Virus record (IMG/VR): IMGVR_UViG_3300012931_000002
Span: 3,729-67,728 of that record
Length of the DNA stretch: 64,000 nucleotides
Origin: a virus
Reading direction: 5' to 3' (one strand)
Under the pieces are notes generated by a model, which was not told the origin of the DNA, ran no database searches, and was given only the letters and a program-made list of their open reading frames with translations. This document shows, in pieces, positions 9,795-18,940 of this stretch; within the stretch, counting starts at the first letter, position 1, and each line of letters starts with the position of its first letter. A program made the translations under genes and the position numbers.

Positions 9795-10325
9795 ATGAAA
9801 CTTTACGTCGCGAATGCCGCGAAGCAAGTCATCGACCTTACATGCCGAATCCCCGGTCTCGGGAGCCTCTACCGGCAGACGATTCCGATCGGCTGCCAGA
9901 TCGTGGTCGGCGGCGACCTCGACCTTACGCAGGTCAACGAGGTCGTCCGGCAACTCTCCGGCTATGGTCTGACGAAGTACGACGAACTCGACCGCGCGAA
10001 GCCGTTCGTCGGCCTCTGCTATGCGGTCGACCGGCCGGTTCCGAACAAGCGAATCCTCTTCGCGATGGAGCACAACGCGAAGGTTCTCGTCGAACGCGGT
10101 AAGGAAATGCGCGCGCAGGCGGCCGTCGCGACGAACAACGCGATCGAGCGGACGCTCGTCGAAGAGGGTCTCGGGAACATCGAGGCGCTCGACGTGACGG
10201 TCGTCGAAGAAGAGAACCGCCACGGGCCGAGCAATCCCGAACCAATCGCCGAAGGGGTCCTCGTGACGAAGGACCCGGACATTCGCCCCGGCAAAGGCAA
10301 CGCGAAGTCGCGCAAGGGCAAATGA
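9795..10325 (+). CDS. Virion-module hypothetical protein
   Basis: Start reassigned to MKLYVAN after a GGAGGGAG RBS; ATGA-coupled to the next gene. Confidence 0.7.
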   Translation: MKLYVANAAKQVIDLTCRIPGLGSLYRQTIPIGCQIVVGGDLDLTQVNEVVRQLSGYGLTKYDELDRAKPFVGLCYAVDRPVPNKRILFAMEHNAKVLVERGKEMRAQAAVATNNAIERTLVEEGLGNIEALDVTVVEEENRHGPSNPEPIAEGVLVTKDPDIRPGKGNAKSRKGK

Positions 10326-10768
10326 CCGTTCCGGCGCCGACGTTCGTAGGATTCCTCGCCTTCGTCCGCAGGACGATGGGAATTTCGACGGCCGTCCTTC
10401 CGGATTCGGGGACGGTCCTCGAAGACTCCTACGCGCTCGCGCTCGAAACCGTCAACCGCGCGATCCGCGTTTCGCCACTAAACTACGTCAAGGCGGTCTA
10501 CAACTTCGCCGGAGACGCGCTGATCAACGAGGCGCCGGATCAGACGGGGCAGACGTTCTTCGCCGATCTTCGCGAGAAGTGGAACATCCTCGACCCGATC
10601 AGCGGCGTCGTCGCGTCTTCCGGCGACGTCTCGACGAACCAATCGCTCGTAGTTCCCGAGCAGTTCTCGACGCTCACGCTCGCCGATCTTCAACAATTCA
10701 AAACGCCTTACGGTCGGGCGTACGTCGCGATCGCGCAACAGTACGGCGCGCTTTGGGGAATCTCGTGA
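10322..10768 (+). CDS. Head-tail adaptor (DUF4054-like)
   Basis: C-terminal KTPYGRAY motif; position. Confidence 0.65.
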   Translation: MTVPAPTFVGFLAFVRRTMGISTAVLPDSGTVLEDSYALALETVNRAIRVSPLNYVKAVYNFAGDALINEAPDQTGQTFFADLREKWNILDPISGVVASSGDVSTNQSLVVPEQFSTLTLADLQQFKTPYGRAYVAIAQQYGALWGIS

Positions 10769-11211
10769 TCCTGCACCTTGGCGTTCTCGAAATCCCGTAC
10801 AACGAGCCGCCCGCGAAAGGCAAACGGAAGAAGGTCGAAGCGGGAACACAAACGACTGGCGACGTCGCGGAATGGCTCGAAAATAAATACAAGATCATGG
10901 CGACGTTCTACGAGCGCAATCAGGAAGAGATCGCGCAGCTTATCATAGACGGCCTAGCTGGTACGATCGAAAGTCTTTCGATGGGCGCGCCGCCGACGAT
11001 CGACCCCTTTGGAGAAGCTACGAGCGCGATCAAGGATAAGTTTTCGCGCTTCCTCGAATCGAAGGCGATGGACGGCCTTGAAGGCATCCCGACGCTCGCC
11101 TCGATCGAGGGCGTAAGTCATCGTTTCAAAAACCGCCGCGGAACACCGTATCGCCCGAGCTTTATTGATACGGGAAACTATGAGAACGCCTTTCAAGCGT
11201 GGATCGACTAG
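10765..11211 (+). CDS. Neck/head-tail protein
   Basis: GTGA overlap start; ends RPSFIDTG, like the KPLIDTG motif of neck proteins. Confidence 0.65.
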   Translation: MILHLGVLEIPYNEPPAKGKRKKVEAGTQTTGDVAEWLENKYKIMATFYERNQEEIAQLIIDGLAGTIESLSMGAPPTIDPFGEATSAIKDKFSRFLESKAMDGLEGIPTLASIEGVSHRFKNRRGTPYRPSFIDTGNYENAFQAWID

Positions 11212-11212
11212 G

Positions 11213-11506
11213 ATGGACAAGTTCTCGAAAATAGCTGCACTCGTAGCTAAGGCAGACGCTATAGCTGCCCGCGCCGACGTCGTAGGGAATAGCCGCGGGA
11301 TCGGTTATAAGATTCAGTTCGACAATCGCTCCGAATTCTTTACGTCAATCCGAGATTTGCAGGCGTGGGTTCACGACATAAAGCGGAAGGACCCATCGGT
11401 CATCGGAAAGATCGCGAAGATATGGAAGGGAGAGATTCCACAAGGCAGCGAATACATTTCCTATTCCGGAGCCCCTACGCAGATAAAAGTCACGGCGGAC
11501 TATTAG
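11213..11506 (+). CDS. Small AT-richer inserted protein with scaffold-like leader
   Basis: Fills the gap between neck genes; leader [17 protein letters not shown] matches a segment of 5196..5834. Confidence 0.6.
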   Translation: MDKFSKIAALVAKADAIAARADVVGNSRGIGYKIQFDNRSEFFTSIRDLQAWVHDIKRKDPSVIGKIAKIWKGEIPQGSEYISYSGAPTQIKVTADY

Positions 11507-12529
11507 ATGCCCTCCGTATCCGAAGCCTCCGGCGACCAGCGGACCCCGCTAGGCGCGGCACTCGCGGCGGGGCTAGAGAACGTCGCGTATAGCAAGACGG
11601 TTACGTTCACGAAGTACGTTCGCCTCGTCCTCCCGCTCGACGGCTTCGTGTTCTGGGTCAAGTCCGACCTCATATCGAACGGGGCGCTCTTAAACGGAGA
11701 CCCCCTGAACGTCGCCGCCCCGGATCAGGGGGGTTCCGTCCTTACCTCGGCGGCGACTATCGTCGCGAAGGGTTCGCTGCACTATTCGACGGAGGCGCGG
11801 CAGAACGAGAGCGAAGGGTCGAGCGTCAACCGGATCGTTTTTACGTCCGAGGTCGAAATAAACGACCTTAACGTGACCGGGCCGAACGAGATTTACATTG
11901 CCGAAGTTGGCGGCGTTCGTTTTGCCTTTTCTTCGCAGGATTCGCGGTATCGGCAGTCTGGGCTTTGGCACTACGGCGGAACCGCCGTCTACGCGGACAC
12001 GGCTTCACAGATCGTCGACGCCTTGGACGGCTTCAATACGGCCGCGGTCGTCTCGAATAGCCTCCCGATTTGGCTTTCGATGAACGGCCTTCCGGTCGTC
12101 GATTGGCAGCCTCTTCGGAATCCGGTGACGTTCTACCCGTCCTTCCTCGTTCCTGGAAACTTCGTCCCGCCGTTCGCGGCCGTCCACGTCGAGAATACGC
12201 GCGGGATCGCTTCCGCTGCTACGCTAGGGCCGACGCTTTCGCATTCGCAGCTCGCTACCGAGCGTGTCCGTGTAACGACCTACGGCCTTCGGAACGCCGC
12301 CGCGCAGGACTTCGTCGACTTCGTCTGCCAGTTTTCGCTCGATACCGATTTGATCGGGATTATGAACATTCCGATCGTCCGCGACGAGAAGAAGACGCAG
12401 GTCGAACTCGGAGTCCTTGCGCAGAAGAAGGTCGTCGAGTTCGACGTCAGCTACTACCAAACGGCCGCGCGCGACGTCGCGCGGAAGCTCATCATCTCCG
12501 CCGTCCCGACCTTCATCTTTACCGACTAG
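11507..12529 (+). CDS. Tail completion/neck protein
   Basis: Position before the sheath gene; VLPLDGFVFWVK N-terminal motif. Confidence 0.6.
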   Translation: MPSVSEASGDQRTPLGAALAAGLENVAYSKTVTFTKYVRLVLPLDGFVFWVKSDLISNGALLNGDPLNVAAPDQGGSVLTSAATIVAKGSLHYSTEARQNESEGSSVNRIVFTSEVEINDLNVTGPNEIYIAEVGGVRFAFSSQDSRYRQSGLWHYGGTAVYADTASQIVDALDGFNTAAVVSNSLPIWLSMNGLPVVDWQPLRNPVTFYPSFLVPGNFVPPFAAVHVENTRGIASAATLGPTLSHSQLATERVRVTTYGLRNAAAQDFVDFVCQFSLDTDLIGIMNIPIVRDEKKTQVELGVLAQKKVVEFDVSYYQTAARDVARKLIISAVPTFIFTD

Positions 12530-12539
12530 GGAGTTCACT

Positions 12540-13475
12540 ATGCCGCAGAACCCGATTCCCGCGCAGGCTTTTGCGCGCAGCCCCTCGAATGCCATCACGC
12601 AGGTTCGATCCGACGCGCTCGGAAACGTCTATGCGTCGCTCGGCGGAGGTACGCGCTGGAGCGTTAATACGGTTTCCGGCCTCGATACGAACGCCGGAAC
12701 CGTTTATGCGCCATTTAAGACTATGTCCGCGGCGCTCGCGGTCGTCGCGTCGAACGATACGATCGAGTTCGTCGGGACAGTTCGCGAGCAGCTCGTCGCA
12801 CCGCTTGGCGTTCGCGCCGTTACGATCATCGGAGCCGTTGGTGGTAACGTGCGTGACGACGACGGTGCGAAGTGGACGGTCCCCGCAAGTCCGGTCGCGG
12901 GTAAAGCGCTCCTTGAAATCCTCGAACAGGGCTGGGTGTTCGAGAACTTCCTGATGACGCCGGACGCAACCGGCGGGGCGTGCATCAAAGCGCACCGCGC
13001 CGAAAGCGCGACTTATCCCGATTCTTCGCACTTCATCTGCCGGAAGATACGCTTCGTGGGCGCAGGCGGGACGCCGATCGGAATTGAAGACGTCGGTGGT
13101 AATCACCACTACGTCATCGACGACTGCGAGTTCCAGACGCTCACCAACGCGATCTACTGCTCCAGCACCAGCATCGCCGTGCCGCTGCGCAATACGATCA
13201 CGAACAACAAGTTCTACGACTGCACGAACGACATCAACTCTTCGCAGAGCTACGGGCGCATTGAAGGCAACCGGTTCTTTACCGATTCGACCGTGACGAT
13301 CAATACGGTCGCGAACGCCGCGCAGGGGGGTTACAACATCGTCACCGGCAACGTATTCCCGAACGCCATCGCCGACATCGATCCGGCGCACGGCTACACT
13401 GGCGCGGCGACCGACGTGTGGACTGGAAATCTCGTGACGGATCAGGCGGCGTTCGCATACGGCGTTCCTGCTTAA
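12540..13475 (+). CDS. Right-handed beta-helix virion protein
   Basis: GGGAG RBS, start MPQNP; G.D.N.GT..APFKT motif followed by Asn-ladder repeats (ITNNKF, IEGNRF, VTGNVF). Confidence 0.7.
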   Translation: MPQNPIPAQAFARSPSNAITQVRSDALGNVYASLGGGTRWSVNTVSGLDTNAGTVYAPFKTMSAALAVVASNDTIEFVGTVREQLVAPLGVRAVTIIGAVGGNVRDDDGAKWTVPASPVAGKALLEILEQGWVFENFLMTPDATGGACIKAHRAESATYPDSSHFICRKIRFVGAGGTPIGIEDVGGNHHYVIDDCEFQTLTNAIYCSSTSIAVPLRNTITNNKFYDCTNDINSSQSYGRIEGNRFFTDSTVTINTVANAAQGGYNIVTGNVFPNAIADIDPAHGYTGAATDVWTGNLVTDQAAFAYGVPA

Positions 13476-13520
13476 CGCGGTTCGATTCGCTTTCGTACTA
13501 GGCAATAGAGGACGCGCTAA

Positions 13521-15140
13521 ATGGCAAATCAGATCGTTACCGTAAACGTCTCGCAGCGCGTCGCGCCGGAGCCGAGCGACCTTCAGAAGTCCGGCGCGTT
13601 CGTATCGCAGGGTGGCACGACGCTCGCTGCGGGCGCGACGGCGTTCCTTACCGAGGAAGCGGACCTCGCCGCGATCCTCGCCGCGGTGAAGCCGGTACAC
13701 TCTTTGACGTGGTCCGGCGGCGTCGTCACGGCGACGACCGAGCAGTTCGCGGCCACGGGAACCTATGATTCGGGAACCGGCGTCGTTACGCTGACGTTGA
13801 CGCCGACTTCGACGATCGAGGTCGGCGATAGCGTCGTCGTTTCGGGTGCTACCGGAACCGGCGACTATGCCGACATCGACGGCGCGCGCGTCGCCGGGGC
13901 GAGTTCCGGTGGGGCGACGCTCAAGTACACGATCACGACCGGGCTAACGATGACGATCACGGCGGCAACCGTCAACGTCGCAATCGGGATGACGGTTTCC
14001 GACACGTTCCTGACGACGATCGCCGGCGCGACTCCGGCCACATACAACGGCGAAGTCCTCGCGACCGTCGCTTCGTCGACGACGTTTACGTACCCCCTAA
14101 CGACCGATCCAGGAACTTCGCCGGCAACCGGAACGGTTACCTATACGCCTCGCGGCGTCGCCGAACTCTCCGCCAACATGAACCCGGTGTTCTTCGCGCA
14201 GGGGAGCGCGCAGGGCGTCTTCGTCCTCGAACTCGGCGCGGGCGAAGATGCGGCGGCAATCGCCGTCCTCGACGCGTGGATTACAGCGAATCCCGGCGAG
14301 TTCTACTCCTACCTCGTTCCGAAGTCGTGGAACGCCGCCGCGACCTTCGTTACGCTCGTCAATAAGTACACCGCGAACACGGCGAAAACCTATTTTTTCA
14401 CTACCTTGACGGCAGGGACCTACGCGAGTTTCGCCGGTATCAAGAGCGTCGTCGGGCACGTCGAATCGCCGGACTCTCCGATTACCGAATTCTCGGCGGC
14501 GGCGGACTTCCGCGCGACGCTGAACTACGCCCCGAGCCCGACGAACAAGGTCACGCCGCTCGCGTTCACGTACCTTCAGGACGTTACGGCCTATCCGACG
14601 AAGGGGAACGGCGCGACGCTTACGGCCTTTAAGGCGGCAGGCGTCAACTACGTCGGGACCGGCGCCGAGGGCGGGATCAGTAGCGAAATCCTGTTCTGGG
14701 GAACGACCATGGACGTGAGGCCGTTTACCTACTGGTATTCGGTCGACTGGATTCAGATCAATACCGACCTCGACGTGACGAACGCGGTCATCAATGGGTC
14801 GAACGACCCGACAAACCCGCTCTACTACAATCAGAACGGCATCGACCGCCTTCAGGACGTTGGCGCGGCGACGCTGTCGAAGGCCGTTTCGTACGGCCTC
14901 GCGAACGGGACCGTGACGCAGACGGCCTTGTCGCCTACGGCGTTCAACGATGCCCTAGACGCGGGAGACTTCGACGGGCAACTCGTGATCAACGCCGTTC
15001 CGTACGCGACGTGGCTCGCGGCGAACCCGAGCGACTACAAAGACCAGACGTACGGCGGCTTTACGGTCGTCTACGTCAACCAGAATGGTTTCATCGAAAT
15101 CATCTTCAACATCGTCGTAACCGATTTCGTCACGACGTAA
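13521..15140 (+). CDS. Contractile tail sheath protein (DUF3383-like)
   Basis: NQIVTVNVS start; YWYSVDWIQIN and PLYYNQNGIDRL motifs; precedes the tube gene. Confidence 0.8.
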   Translation: MANQIVTVNVSQRVAPEPSDLQKSGAFVSQGGTTLAAGATAFLTEEADLAAILAAVKPVHSLTWSGGVVTATTEQFAATGTYDSGTGVVTLTLTPTSTIEVGDSVVVSGATGTGDYADIDGARVAGASSGGATLKYTITTGLTMTITAATVNVAIGMTVSDTFLTTIAGATPATYNGEVLATVASSTTFTYPLTTDPGTSPATGTVTYTPRGVAELSANMNPVFFAQGSAQGVFVLELGAGEDAAAIAVLDAWITANPGEFYSYLVPKSWNAAATFVTLVNKYTANTAKTYFFTTLTAGTYASFAGIKSVVGHVESPDSPITEFSAAADFRATLNYAPSPTNKVTPLAFTYLQDVTAYPTKGNGATLTAFKAAGVNYVGTGAEGGISSEILFWGTTMDVRPFTYWYSVDWIQINTDLDVTNAVINGSNDPTNPLYYNQNGIDRLQDVGAATLSKAVSYGLANGTVTQTALSPTAFNDALDAGDFDGQLVINAVPYATWLAANPSDYKDQTYGGFTVVYVNQNGFIEIIFNIVVTDFVTT

Positions 15141-15156
15141 CGGAAAGGCGCCGCAG

Positions 15157-15597
15157 ATGGGCAACCAACTCGTATCGCAGGGAACGCTCAACCGGCTCCG
15201 GGGCAGCGTCGTGATCACCGACCATCCGACGCTCAACATCACCGCCCCCTTCCTCGGCGACGGCGGCATCGGGCTAACGCTCGAAGGCGAAACGACGACG
15301 ATGATTCCGACGCTCACCGGAACCGCGACGTCACCGGAACCGTACCAGATGTGCTCCTTAACGGTTCACCTGCTCAAGACGCAGCCGCTCTCGGACTCAT
15401 ACAAGAAGCAGATGGAAGTGCTCGCGCTGATCGGCGACATCACCGTTCGACCGGACGCGAAGACGCTTTCGCCGTATCCCTTGAAAAACTGCGCAATCAA
15501 CGCAGTCGCCCCCCTGTCCTTTAACGGTAAGGACGCGGGATTCTTAGTGACGATCAAGGGGTACTATCAGATCAACTCGTCGCTCTTCGACGGTTGA
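15157..15597 (+). CDS. Tail tube protein
   Basis: 146 aa directly after the sheath gene; beta-rich. Confidence 0.7.
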   Translation: MGNQLVSQGTLNRLRGSVVITDHPTLNITAPFLGDGGIGLTLEGETTTMIPTLTGTATSPEPYQMCSLTVHLLKTQPLSDSYKKQMEVLALIGDITVRPDAKTLSPYPLKNCAINAVAPLSFNGKDAGFLVTIKGYYQINSSLFDG

Positions 15598-15626
15598 CCG
15601 TCTAAACAGTTCGGAGGGAACGAACC

Positions 15627-16205
15627 GTGGAACTCGACAAAAAGCTCAACCTCGTGATCCCGGTCGGCGACGCCTGGGTTCACTCGACGCCGATATTGCC
15701 GGAAGCGTTCGCGCGCTACTACCTCGTCCTCGGCAAGACGTTCGCGAAGATTTATACGGGGGGCCTCGGCCAAATCGCGGGACCGCGCCTCGCGATGCAC
15801 GTCCTTCGCGACGTTGCGCGCGACCTCGGAGGAAACGACGAATCGCTTCGCGCGGCGTCCCTCGCCGACGTCGAGAACGGCCTGATCGCCGAAATCGTTC
15901 GGCTATCGAACTACGTTTCCTTGACGCCGTCAGGCTGGGCCTCGGTCCCTCTCCAGGAAGCAATCTCCCAAAACACGATCGACGAAGAGTCGCGCGACGA
16001 GGTCCTCAACGCCGTGGCTTTTTTTATTGTGACCTGGGCGATGCATCTGAGGGAAGTCCGGGTAGCGATCATCGAATCGGCGATAAGCTTGTGGTCCGGG
16101 CATCTCGTGTCGTCGAACTCTACGGCGTTCGCCGCTTCCTTGCCGACGTCGACCGAGACCGCGCCTTCTGGCGCGAAGGCGGCGGTATCGTCGGTTCCCT
16201 CCTAG
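15627..16205 (+). CDS. Tail assembly chaperone
   Basis: Between tube and tape measure genes; GGAGG RBS with GTG start. Confidence 0.65.
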   Translation: MELDKKLNLVIPVGDAWVHSTPILPEAFARYYLVLGKTFAKIYTGGLGQIAGPRLAMHVLRDVARDLGGNDESLRAASLADVENGLIAEIVRLSNYVSLTPSGWASVPLQEAISQNTIDEESRDEVLNAVAFFIVTWAMHLREVRVAIIESAISLWSGHLVSSNSTAFAASLPTSTETAPSGAKAAVSSVPS

Positions 16206-16327
16206 ACTGGGCCGCGGACGAAGGATTCTCTGAAATTATGAATCACTACGGCGCCGCTTCCTGGGAATCCGCCCACGAGTTCCGGCAACGGCACGTCCTC
16301 CGCGCGCTCTCGCGCCAGGGGGGTTAG
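16022..16327 (+). CDS. Probable -1 frameshift extension of the tail assembly chaperone
   Basis: The -1 frame is open from the T7 run (16019-16025) to TAG 16327, just before the tape measure start. Confidence 0.45.
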   Translation, partial: FYCDLGDASEGSPGSDHRIGDKLVVRASRVVELYGVRRFLADVDRDRAFWREGGGIVGSLLDWAADEGFSEIMNHYGAASWESAHEFRQRHVLRALSRQGG

Positions 16328-16330
16328 GCC

Positions 16331-17956
16331 GTGGCGAAGTCGATCATCGACGTCGAGGTCAACGACGAAGATTTCAAGGCGTTCGCCGCGCTTTACGAAA
16401 AGTTTCGCGCCGCCGCCGAAAAGGCTCCGAAAGGTTGGGGCGGTGGGTCTCCCGAAGATCGCAAGAAGCGTGACAATGAAGATTCGACGCGGCGAACACG
16501 CGACGAGCGCTCGGATAAGGACCGCGAGCGCAGCGAGAAGCGGGCGCGGACGACGTGGGCCGACGTCGCGACGAAGTCGAAGCTCGTCTTCGACAACGTC
16601 AAGGGTATCACGGCATCCCTACTTCGCTGGGCATCGATCGGAACGGTCTTTACGGGTCTTCTAGGCGGCGGAGGGCTCTTCGGCCTCGACCGCCTCGCCG
16701 GGTCCGTAGGCGCGAACCGGCGGGCCTCGATGGGCCTCGGCGTCTCCTATGGCGAGAAGAAGGCGTTCGACGTAAACTACGGGCGGGTCGTCGATTCGGA
16801 AGGGTTCCTTTCGAGTATTAATGCCGCCACGCACGACGCTTCCCTTCGCGCGAAGCTTTACGGCGCTGGGATCGGCGAGAATCAGCTACGGGGGAGCACG
16901 GCCGACGTAAGCCTCCGCCTTCTCCAGCAGATAAAGCGGATCGCGGATCAGACGCCGGCGGCGCTCCTTCAGCAGACTATGTCCGCGCGGGGACTCGATC
17001 AGTTCATCTCCTTGCAGGAGTTTGAGCGGATCAAGGCTACGTCGCGCGGCGAACTCGCCGGATACGCGGACGCGTTCGGTCGCGATAAAAGGGAGTTCGG
17101 TCTTGACGCGACGGCGCAGCTTGCGTGGCAGAACTTCGCTGTTCGAATGACTCGCGCCGGGCAGAAGATCGAGAACGTCTTCGTCGTCGGTCTCGGGCGT
17201 GCACATATTCCGGAAGCGCTTGACAAGCTTTCCGACGCCTTCGCGAAATCGGTCGAGACGTTTATGAGCAGTCCCGACCTCGAGAAATGGCTCAAGTCCG
17301 TAGGCGACGGGATTCAGGGCTTTGCCGGGTACGTCGGAAGCGGGAAGTTTCAGACGGATATAAAGGAGTTTACAGCGAATATCGGCCTCGCGGCTCAGGG
17401 AGTCGTTAAAGCGCTTCAATGGCTGCGCTTGATACCGACAAAGGTCGATGTACCGAATATGGCACCTAGCGGCGGCGCCGCTGCGCGGAAGCGCCAGGAT
17501 GATTTTCGCGCGGGGATACTTCAAGGAAATAGCCCCGAAGCTAAAAAGTGGCTCCTTCAAAATAGTAGGCGTATTTCCGTCGACGAGCTTCTTCCTTCAA
17601 TCGCGAAAGTCGAATCCGCGAACGGGAAGTTCAACCTTTCGCCGAAAGGCGCCCGTGGCATGTATCAAATCATGCCTGCGACCGCTGCTGCGTACGGGAA
17701 AAACCCTGACGATCCGAAGCAAGCTCGCGAAATGGCAAAGGCCGAGCTATTGCGGATGATTCGTCATTACTCTGGAGACCTCGAAAAAATCCTCTCCGGA
17801 TATAATTGGGGTCAAGGGAACACCGATAAGGCGATCGCGAAATACGGCGCGAACTGGAAAGCCCACGCCCCCGCCGAGACGAAGGCATACATTATCAAGA
17901 TCGAGAACAACACCGGCGGTAACGCCGTCGTAACCGCGAGCCAGCTTCCGCAATGA
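16331..17956 (+). CDS. Tape measure protein with C-terminal lytic transglycosylase (SLT) domain
   Basis: Helical N-terminal region; IAKVES...SPKGARGMYQIMPATA...YNWGQGN...ETKAY SLT motifs. Confidence 0.85.
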   Translation: MAKSIIDVEVNDEDFKAFAALYEKFRAAAEKAPKGWGGGSPEDRKKRDNEDSTRRTRDERSDKDRERSEKRARTTWADVATKSKLVFDNVKGITASLLRWASIGTVFTGLLGGGGLFGLDRLAGSVGANRRASMGLGVSYGEKKAFDVNYGRVVDSEGFLSSINAATHDASLRAKLYGAGIGENQLRGSTADVSLRLLQQIKRIADQTPAALLQQTMSARGLDQFISLQEFERIKATSRGELAGYADAFGRDKREFGLDATAQLAWQNFAVRMTRAGQKIENVFVVGLGRAHIPEALDKLSDAFAKSVETFMSSPDLEKWLKSVGDGIQGFAGYVGSGKFQTDIKEFTANIGLAAQGVVKALQWLRLIPTKVDVPNMAPSGGAAARKRQDDFRAGILQGNSPEAKKWLLQNSRRISVDELLPSIAKVESANGKFNLSPKGARGMYQIMPATAAAYGKNPDDPKQAREMAKAELLRMIRHYSGDLEKILSGYNWGQGNTDKAIAKYGANWKAHAPAETKAYIIKIENNTGGNAVVTASQLPQ

Positions 17957-18669
17957 GCATCGGGAAGGACATCTTCAAACTCGCGTTCGAGATTTCGCCC
18001 ATCATCTTGAAAGGTGGGATCGCGAAGGAAATCCTCGGAGGCATGCTGCCGATCATTGCAATTACGGAGTCGCTCAACTTCGTCGACGGTCTCCTTAGCG
18101 GCGGAGACGTTCTCAACCTCGACAACTACTTCGCCCACTTCGCGCCGCTTCCCGGTATGACACTGATCGAGCAGCAGGTTGGAGCGTACCCGTTCGCGAA
18201 TCAAGCCGTCGCGGCGAACGCGACGATCGCGCAGCCGCTCGCCGTATCGCTCTTGATGACATGCCCCGCGAAGGCTGCGCTCGGGTACTTCACCAAGCTC
18301 GCGACGATGACCGCGCTCAAGGCCGTTCTTGAAAAGCACAACCTCGCCGGAGGGACCTATACCGTCGCGACGCCGAGCTGCATTCTTACGAACCTCCTCC
18401 TCTTGAAGCTTTCGGACGCCTCGAACGCGCCGACAGCACAAGCACAGACGGCGTGGCAGTGGGACTTCTACCGCCCCCTGCTAACCCTCGATGACGCCGC
18501 GGCGGCCGAGAACGCGCTCATGAGCAAGATTACGGGCGGTACGGCGATCGACGGCGAGCCGACGTGGTCCGGCCTCGCGCAGACGGCGGGATCGTCGATA
18601 GCGAGCATGGTTTCGTCGATCATTCCGAGCGCGTCCGGCGTCTTAGGCGCCAACGTCAGCGGATCATAG
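17953..18669 (+). CDS. Baseplate/tail-tube initiator-type protein
   Basis: ATGA-coupled after the tape measure gene; YPFANQAVAANA motif. Confidence 0.55.
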   Translation: MSIGKDIFKLAFEISPIILKGGIAKEILGGMLPIIAITESLNFVDGLLSGGDVLNLDNYFAHFAPLPGMTLIEQQVGAYPFANQAVAANATIAQPLAVSLLMTCPAKAALGYFTKLATMTALKAVLEKHNLAGGTYTVATPSCILTNLLLLKLSDASNAPTAQAQTAWQWDFYRPLLTLDDAAAAENALMSKITGGTAIDGEPTWSGLAQTAGSSIASMVSSIIPSASGVLGANVSGS

Positions 18670-18673
18670 CTAG

Positions 18674-18940
18674 ATGACGGCATACGACTTTCAACCATCA
18701 TCGTCGGCGCCGTTCCAGTTCCAGCCGACGCTGGACGGCAGTGTCTATACGGTCGTCGTTAAGTGGAGCCTCGCTGGGCAGCGCTACTACGCCGAGGTCT
18801 CGGCGCTCGACGGAACTTTGATCGCGACGGTCGCCGTCGTCGGATCGCCGCTCGGCTACGACATCAACCTCGTCGGAGGCTACTTCGCGTCGTCTATCGT
18901 CTTCCGGGAAGCCTCGCAGCAGTTCGAGGTTTCACCGTGA
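18674..18940 (+). CDS. Small baseplate protein
   Basis: FQPTLDG...W...GQRYY pattern; position. Confidence 0.55.
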   Translation: MTAYDFQPSSSAPFQFQPTLDGSVYTVVVKWSLAGQRYYAEVSALDGTLIATVAVVGSPLGYDINLVGGYFASSIVFREASQQFEVSP

